Shown: positions 27,663 to 32,000 of the stretch, piece by piece
Layout: each line of letters begins with the position of its first letter
Numbering within the stretch: the first letter of the stretch is position 1
From: Delftia acidovorans NBRC 14950
GTDB taxonomy: Bacteria > Pseudomonadota > Gammaproteobacteria > Burkholderiales > Burkholderiaceae_C
Length of the DNA: 32,000 nt
Reading direction: 5' to 3'
Assembly: GCF_001598795.1 (NCBI RefSeq)
Contig: NZ_BCZP01000010.1
Coordinates: forward strand, 207,082 to 239,081
The notes under the pieces: generated by a model
Database searches by the model: none
What the model was told of the DNA's origin: nothing
The model's input: only the letters and a program-made list of their open reading frames with translations
Position numbers and translations under genes: made by a program

Positions 27663-27675
27663 GTGTGAACAGGCC

Positions 27676-28026
27676 CTAGGAACGATCGTCCTGCGCACCG
27701 CCTTCGCGCAGCCGCGCGAACTCGCGGTGCTCGTAGGCAATGCATTCCTCCATGAGGTGGCGGTACACCGCCTCCATCATGTCGGGCTGGCCGCCCTCGG
27801 CGGCCGTGCGCTCGCGCACGCGGCGCACGATGGCCTCGATGCGGCCCTCGTCGCGCACCTGGGCCGCATCGGCCTTGATGCGCGCGGCCTGCTGCATGTA
27901 GCCCATGCGCGTGACCAGCAGCGGCACCAGCACATCGTCCAGCGCATCCACATTGCGGCGCACATCCAGCATGTCGGTGCAGTGCTGCACCAGGTCGATG
28001 GCCTGCTTGGCGCGGTCCGTGCTCAT
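27676..28026 (-). CDS. AroQ-class chorismate mutase-like protein (possibly PchB-type), translationally coupled to trpE
   Basis: 116 aa, MSTDRAKQAIDLVQHCTDMLDVRRNVDALDDVLVPLLVTRMGYMQQAARIK.... The R-x(10)-D/L-LL-R helix pattern matches AroQ helix 1, and the protein is all-helical. The ATG at 28026 overlaps the trpE TGA (ATGA). Confidence 0.7.
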   Translation of the reverse strand: MSTDRAKQAIDLVQHCTDMLDVRRNVDALDDVLVPLLVTRMGYMQQAARIKADAAQVRDEGRIEAIVRRVRERTAAEGGQPDMMEAVYRHLMEECIAYEHREFARLREGGAQDDRS

Positions 28027-29522
28027 TCCAGTCCTTCCTCCACCAGCTCGGCCGCGCGCATCAATGCGCGCGCCTTGTGCTCGGTCTCTTTCCATTCCAT
28101 CTCGGGCACGGAATCGGCCACCACGCCGGCGGCGGCCTGCACGTAGAGCGTGCCGTCCTTGATCACGCCGGTGCGGATGGCAATGGCCAGGTCCATGTCG
28201 CCCGCAAAGCTCAGGTAGCCGCAGGCGCCGCCGTAGATGCCGCGCTTGGTGGGCTCCAGCTGGTCGATGACCTCCATGGCATGCACCTTGGGCGCGCCCG
28301 TCAGCGTGCCGGCCGGGAAGGTGGCCTTGAACACGTCCATGTTGTCCATGCCGTCGCGCAGAATGCCCTCCACGTTGCTGACGATGTGCATCACGTGGCT
28401 GTAGCGCTCCACGGCAAAGGCCTCGGTCACCTTCACGCTGCCCGTCTTGGCGATGCGGCCGATGTCGTTGCGCGCCAGGTCGATCAGCATCACGTGCTCG
28501 GCGCGTTCCTTGGGGTCGGCCACCAGCTCCTTTTCGGTGGCCTTGTCGGCCTCGGGCGTGGCGCCGCGCGGGCGCGTGCCGGCCAGCGGGCGGATGGTGA
28601 CCTTCTGGCCCTCGTCCGTGTTCTCCTGGCGCACCAGGATCTCGGGGCTTGCGCCCACCACATGGAAATCGCCCAGGTGGTAGTAGTACATGTAGGGGCT
28701 GGGATTGAGCGAACGCAGCGCGCGGTACAGGCTCAAGGGGCTGGCCGTGAAGCGCTTGTGGATGCGCTGGCCCACCTGCACCTGCATGAAGTCGCCCGCG
28801 GCGATCAGCTCCTTGGCCTTCTCCACGGCCGCCAGGTAGTCTTCCTTGGCAAAGCTGCGCTGGGCCGGATGGCTCTCGCCGGCCTTGATCTGCGGCGCGC
28901 TGACCGAGTAGCGCAGCAGATCCTTCAACTGCCGCAGCCGCTTCTTGGCGCGCGTATAGGCCTCGCTCTCGCCGGGGTTGGCATAGACGATCAGGTACAG
29001 CTTGCCCGACAGGTTGTCGATCACCGCCACTTCCTCGCACTGCAGCAGCAGGATGTCGGGGCAGTTGAGCGTATCGGGCGGGCAGGAATCTTCCAGCTTC
29101 TTCTCGATATAGCGCACGGCGTCGTAGCCGAAGTAGCCGGCCAGCCCGCCGCAAAAACGCGGCAGCCCCGGGCGCAGCGCCACCTTGAAGCGCTTTTGGT
29201 AGGCAGCGATGAAATCCAGCGGATTGCCCTTGGCCGTCTCCACCACCTGGCCATCGGTCACCACCTCGGTGCATGCCGCATCGCCGAAGCCGCTGGCGCG
29301 CAGCAGCGTGCGTGCAGGCAGGCCGATGAAGCTGTAGCGCCCGAAGCGCTCGCCGCCCACCACGGACTCCAGCAAAAAGCTGTGCTTGCCGTCACCGCCC
29401 GCATGGGCCAGCTTGAGGTAGAGGGACAGGGGGGTTTCGAGATCCGCAAACGCCTCGACCATCAGAGGGATGCGGTTGTAGCCCTGCGCAGCAAGGCTCT
29501 TGAATTCGAGTTCGGTGATCAC
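28023..29522 (-). CDS. trpE: Anthranilate synthase component I
   Basis: 499 aa. LLESV..GERFGRYSFIG, PYMYYY, GTLTGAPK and GIYGGACGYLSFAGDMDLAIAIRT are hallmark TrpE blocks. GTG start with GGAG 9 nt upstream. Confidence 0.93.
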   Translation of the reverse strand: MITELEFKSLAAQGYNRIPLMVEAFADLETPLSLYLKLAHAGGDGKHSFLLESVVGGERFGRYSFIGLPARTLLRASGFGDAACTEVVTDGQVVETAKGNPLDFIAAYQKRFKVALRPGLPRFCGGLAGYFGYDAVRYIEKKLEDSCPPDTLNCPDILLLQCEEVAVIDNLSGKLYLIVYANPGESEAYTRAKKRLRQLKDLLRYSVSAPQIKAGESHPAQRSFAKEDYLAAVEKAKELIAAGDFMQVQVGQRIHKRFTASPLSLYRALRSLNPSPYMYYYHLGDFHVVGASPEILVRQENTDEGQKVTIRPLAGTRPRGATPEADKATEKELVADPKERAEHVMLIDLARNDIGRIAKTGSVKVTEAFAVERYSHVMHIVSNVEGILRDGMDNMDVFKATFPAGTLTGAPKVHAMEVIDQLEPTKRGIYGGACGYLSFAGDMDLAIAIRTGVIKDGTLYVQAAAGVVADSVPEMEWKETEHKARALMRAAELVEEGLE

Positions 29523-29649
29523 GGGGAAAGACTCCGGATTGCGTGGCGCTGGCAGACCTGGTGTGGGTGCGGGCTGCGTATGGATTGCGCCGATTCATTC
29601 GATTGGCCCGTGGGGCCTCGGGTGCACGCCGGGTCGCGCCCCGGGTGCT

Positions 29650-29733
29650 TCAGCTGTTCAGTTGGACAGGCTTGCGCCAGGGCCAGGCTCCCCGGTCTCC
29701 ACAACCTGCAATGAACATGCGATGAATGAACAT
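29650..29733 (-). promoter_or_regulatory. Candidate trp leader peptide ORF (27 codons, Trp-Pro-Trp)
   Basis: The minus strand reads ATG TTC ATT CAT CGC ATG TTC ATT GCA GGT TGT GGA GAC CGG GGA GCC TGG CCC TGG CGC AAG CCT GTC CAA CTG AAC AGC TGA, 127 nt upstream of trpE. Two UGG codons fall within three positions. GC-rich hairpins follow (for example GGCCC-CAC-GGGCC). I see no clear SD and no U-tract terminator. Confidence 0.35.
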
Positions 29734-29741
29734 AGCGGGCA

Positions 29742-29769
29742 AGTGTAGCGCAGACGCGGCTGGGTACAA
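29742..29769 (-). promoter_or_regulatory. Possible sigma70-like promoter for the trpE leader
   Basis: Minus strand has TTGTAC, a 16-nt spacer, then TACACT, immediately upstream of the leader ORF. Weak matches only. Confidence 0.2.
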
Positions 29770-29820
29770 GTGCGGACCGGCGCCTTGCGGGGGCGCCGCA
29801 GGGGCCTGCCATGGCCACAA

Positions 29821-29849
29821 TTGACACCCTGGTCAGCCTGACCAACAAT
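29821..29849 (+). promoter_or_regulatory. Candidate sigma70 promoter for the Phd-like/PIN-like/patatin operon
   Basis: TTGACA (29821-29826), a 17-nt spacer, then AACAAT (29844-29849). The ATG at 29880 is preceded by GAAAGG. Confidence 0.4.
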
Positions 29850-29879
29850 GGCAGCACAACCTGACCAGAAAGGTCGACC

Positions 29880-30275
29880 ATGCCGTCCCATTTCTCCGCC
29901 CGCACCGACGCTGCCTTGCCCGAGGGCGAGCGCGACCCGCTGAACCGCGCCCTGCGGGACCTGAGCCATCAGGTCGGATCGGCCATGCCGCGCAACACCA
30001 CGCCCATGCCGATCTCGGTCTTCAAGGCGCAGTACGGCTCGGTGCTCAAACAGGCCGATCACGACGGGGTGGCCCTCATCTCCCAGGGCCGCAAGCGCTA
30101 CGTGATCGTCAGCGAGGAGCACATGGTGGCCCTGTCCGCCAACGAGCGCGCCCCCCGCACGGTGGCCGACATCTGCCGGTCCCTGCCGCTGCCGCGCCAG
30201 GCCGTGGATCTGTCCGCTGCGCAGATGTCCGGGGCGCGCGGCGATATCGACGTACCCGCCCGGCGCGCGCCATGA
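29880..30275 (+). CDS. Phd/YefM-like antitoxin-domain protein with N- and C-terminal extensions
   Basis: 131 aa. The core MPISVFKAQYGSVLKQADHDGVALISQGRKRYVIVSEEHMVAL matches the Phd/YefM fold pattern (compare YefM ISYSEARQNL...[20 protein letters not shown]). The stop overlaps the next ATG (ATGA). An alternative internal start at 29985 has a poorer RBS. Confidence 0.6.
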   Translation: MPSHFSARTDAALPEGERDPLNRALRDLSHQVGSAMPRNTTPMPISVFKAQYGSVLKQADHDGVALISQGRKRYVIVSEEHMVALSANERAPRTVADICRSLPLPRQAVDLSAAQMSGARGDIDVPARRAP

Positions 30276-30721
30276 GCCGCTACCTGCTGGGCCCCCGCTG
30301 CCTGCTGTGGATGGCGAACCAGGAACCCGCAACCCTGCAGTGGTTCTCCACCATCCGGCCGCTGGACTGCATCGTCAGCGACCTGTCCATGGCCATCGCC
30401 AAGGCCGCCGTGGCCGAGGCATTCCACGACCTGCGCGACCGCAACGAGTGGTTCTCCCTGCTCGACGCGCTGTATGCCAACCTGCGGGCCGAAGGCGCCT
30501 CCATGCTGACCAGCGTGGACAACAAGGTGCTGGAGCGCTTCATCGAATGGCGCAACTTCGCGCCGCTGGACAGCCAGGGCCCGCAGGGCACGGCGCCCCT
30601 GGCGCAGGACCTGCGGCTGCTCATCGCCACGGCCGACCTGCTCAAGGTCTGCTACACCGAACCCGCCAACCTCTACCTGACGCAGGCCGCCGCCCGGGGC
30701 GTCACCGTGCACGCGCTGTGA
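30272..30721 (+). CDS. PIN/VapC(FitB)-like domain protein with degenerate active site
   Basis: 149 aa. It is colinear by eye with FitB/VapC: RYLLGPRCLLWM versus ILLDTNVI, and AQDLRLLIATADLLKVCYTEP versus AADGYIAATAKQHSMTVATRD. The first catalytic Asp is Gly7 (codon 30290-30292). The Glu of helix 2 and the last Asp also appear substituted. Confidence 0.5.
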   Translation: MSRYLLGPRCLLWMANQEPATLQWFSTIRPLDCIVSDLSMAIAKAAVAEAFHDLRDRNEWFSLLDALYANLRAEGASMLTSVDNKVLERFIEWRNFAPLDSQGPQGTAPLAQDLRLLIATADLLKVCYTEPANLYLTQAAARGVTVHAL

Positions 30722-31701
30722 TGGACTTCGACGTACCGCCCCTGTCCAGCGCGGTGCGCCAGGGCCTGCGCAGGCGCCGGGTCGTCCTGAGCCTGTCGGG
30801 CGGCGGCTATCGCGGCCTGTTCAGCGCACATGTGCTGGAGCGCATCCACCGCGAATTCGGCAACGGCGACCTGCTGGAGAAAGTGGACCTGTTCGCCGGC
30901 ACCTCCATCGGCGCAATCATCGCCACCGCCCTGGCCAGCGGCTGCCAGCCCGCGCGCATCAAGCAGCTGCTGCTGGACCACGGCCCCGCCATCTTTCCCT
31001 CCAAATGGCTGCCCGGCCTGCGCCAGGCCATGGGCAAGGCGCTCTATGACAGCGCCCCGCTGCGCGCAGCGATCAAGGAGGCCATGCCGCAAGCGGAGCA
31101 GTCCGCCCTGGGGCAACTGCAGGTGCCGCTGCTGCTGCCCGCCGTGAACTGGAATTCATCGCAGCTGCACGTGCTGGCCAGCGGCGCCCTGCCCGACAGG
31201 GACCGGCTGGGCCTGACGCTGATGGACGCCATGCTGGCCTCATCGGCCGCCCCCACCTACTTTCCCGCGCACGCCGCAGCAGGCCATGTCTTCGTGGACG
31301 GCGGACTCGCCGCCAACGCGCCCGACCTGCTGGCCCTGCAGGCCGCCCGCCAGCTCTGGGGGCCGGCCGCCGACATCGTGATGATCAGCATAGGCACCGC
31401 CAACCCCCAGCAGGGCCAGGACCCCGTGGCCATGCCCCGGCGCGGGCTGACCCTGGTCAAGCCCCTGCTGGACCTGGTCATGGCCGCCCAGGAGGTCCAG
31501 GCCGTCAAGGCGGCCCGCCAGGAACTGGGCACCAGCAGCTACCTGCGCCTGAACTTCACGCAGCCCGCAGCCCAGCAAAAGCGCCTGGGCCTGGACATCG
31601 CCAACGCCGACAGCACCCGTCTGCTGCAGGCCCTGGGCGACGAATGCATCGCCGCCCTCACGGACCAGGAAAAGACGCTGCTGAAGAACGTCCTGGGCTG
31701 A
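30721..31701 (+). CDS. Patatin-like phospholipase (cytosolic, catalytic motifs intact)
   Basis: 326 aa, embedded in the tracked frame 30307..31701. The ATG overlaps the upstream TGA (TGATG). Oxyanion hole is SGGGYRG. Nucleophile elbow is GTSIG, with Ser62 at 30904-30906. Catalytic Asp is in VDGGLAANAP (Asp193). No signal peptide. Confidence 0.85.
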   Translation: MDFDVPPLSSAVRQGLRRRRVVLSLSGGGYRGLFSAHVLERIHREFGNGDLLEKVDLFAGTSIGAIIATALASGCQPARIKQLLLDHGPAIFPSKWLPGLRQAMGKALYDSAPLRAAIKEAMPQAEQSALGQLQVPLLLPAVNWNSSQLHVLASGALPDRDRLGLTLMDAMLASSAAPTYFPAHAAAGHVFVDGGLAANAPDLLALQAARQLWGPAADIVMISIGTANPQQGQDPVAMPRRGLTLVKPLLDLVMAAQEVQAVKAARQELGTSSYLRLNFTQPAAQQKRLGLDIANADSTRLLQALGDECIAALTDQEKTLLKNVLG

Positions 31702-31739
31702 AGCCCCAGGCCAAGCGAAGCGAAGGCCCTACAGGGCTT
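31701..31739. terminator. Imperfect hairpin between convergent genes
   Basis: AAGCCC...GGGCTT outer arms enclose inner GGCC-aagcgaagcgaa-GGCC. There is no U tract. It lies between the patatin stop (31701) and the convergent stop (31750). Confidence 0.3.
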
Positions 31740-31749
31740 GCAAAGAGAA

Positions 31750-32000
31750 TCAGCGCTCAAACGCCGCCGAAGCCGCAGCCATCCGCCGCAGATACGCCGG
31801 ATCCTCCTGCAGGCAATGCACGTAGCTCACCTCGTCCTCCACCAGCTCCTCCATCCGCTGCGCAGCCCCGCAAATGGCCTGCAGCGCATTGGCCACCACC
31901 TCCAGATTGCGATGGCCCTCGGGCCGCTCCAGCCAGGCCAGCGCCAGCTGGCCCAGCGAATACACCTCGCTGCTGCCTTGCAGCGTCAGCCGGCCGATCT
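31750..32000 (-). CDS. Hypothetical protein, C-terminal fragment (frame open to window edge)
   Basis: The frame is open from nt 32000 down to the TGA at 31750 (...IGRLTLQGSSEVYSLGQLALAWLERPEGHRNLEVV...AAFER). I recognise no domain. The tracked GTG at 31965 is probably internal. Confidence 0.45.
   Translation of the reverse strand, partial: IGRLTLQGSSEVYSLGQLALAWLERPEGHRNLEVVANALQAICGAAQRMEELVEDEVSYVHCLQEDPAYLRRMAAASAAFER

Noticed and set aside
7310-27675. The 20-kb insert considered as a recently acquired genomic island.
   Set aside because: Its GC content and codon style look like the flanking trp genes. No integrase, tRNA target or flanking direct repeats are visible. Only short intergenic patches are AT-rich.
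30721-31701. Patatin considered as the CapV effector of a CBASS system.
   Set aside because: No CD-NTase/cyclase or Cap2/Cap3 genes are present in the operon or nearby. The upstream partners are antitoxin-like and PIN-like instead.

Overview
High-GC (by eye about two-thirds G+C) chromosomal segment. Gene content fits a Burkholderiales-type beta-proteobacterium, which is inference, not proof. I support 26 protein-coding genes and found no rRNA, tRNA, CRISPR array, transposase or integrase. The backbone is a tryptophan operon on the minus strand, split in two: trpE plus a translationally coupled chorismate mutase at 27.7-29.5 kb, and trpG-trpD-trpC at 4.8-7.3 kb. About 20 kb of unrelated genes lie between the halves. 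Module (a), 7.7-12.4 kb, minus strand, holds four genes: a TelA-type toxic-anion-resistance protein, a lipoprotein fusing a solute-binding domain to a vWA domain, an XpaC-like 2-TM protein, and a second membrane-anchored solute-binding paralogue. Module (b) is an orphan 498-aa Ser/Ala-rich protein, followed by a 562-bp AT-rich divergent control region. Module (c), 14.6-27.7 kb, is a nine-gene same-strand block. Its order is FabI-like reductase, a complete OMF/HlyD/RbbA-type ABC efflux pump, a phasin-like protein, a PhaC-like DUF3141 hydrolase with a Cys nucleophile, a MaoC-like/phosphotransacylase fusion, and an acetate-family kinase. I read module (c) as a candidate hypoxia-controlled pathway that conserves energy from polyester or acyl-CoA and exports the product. 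Upstream of trpE (29.9-31.7 kb) is the most system-like novelty: a three-gene translationally coupled operon. It encodes a Phd/YefM-like antitoxin, a PIN/VapC-like protein whose catalytic acidic residues appear lost, and a cytosolic patatin-like phospholipase with all three catalytic motifs intact. This is a candidate toxin-antitoxin-derived or abortive-infection-type module. The left end carries a truncated alkylsulfatase, ung, and two secreted proteins (a beta-helix protein and an FN3 protein with an IPTL-CTERM-like tail). All functional calls come from reading the translated ORFs for motifs. No database search was possible.
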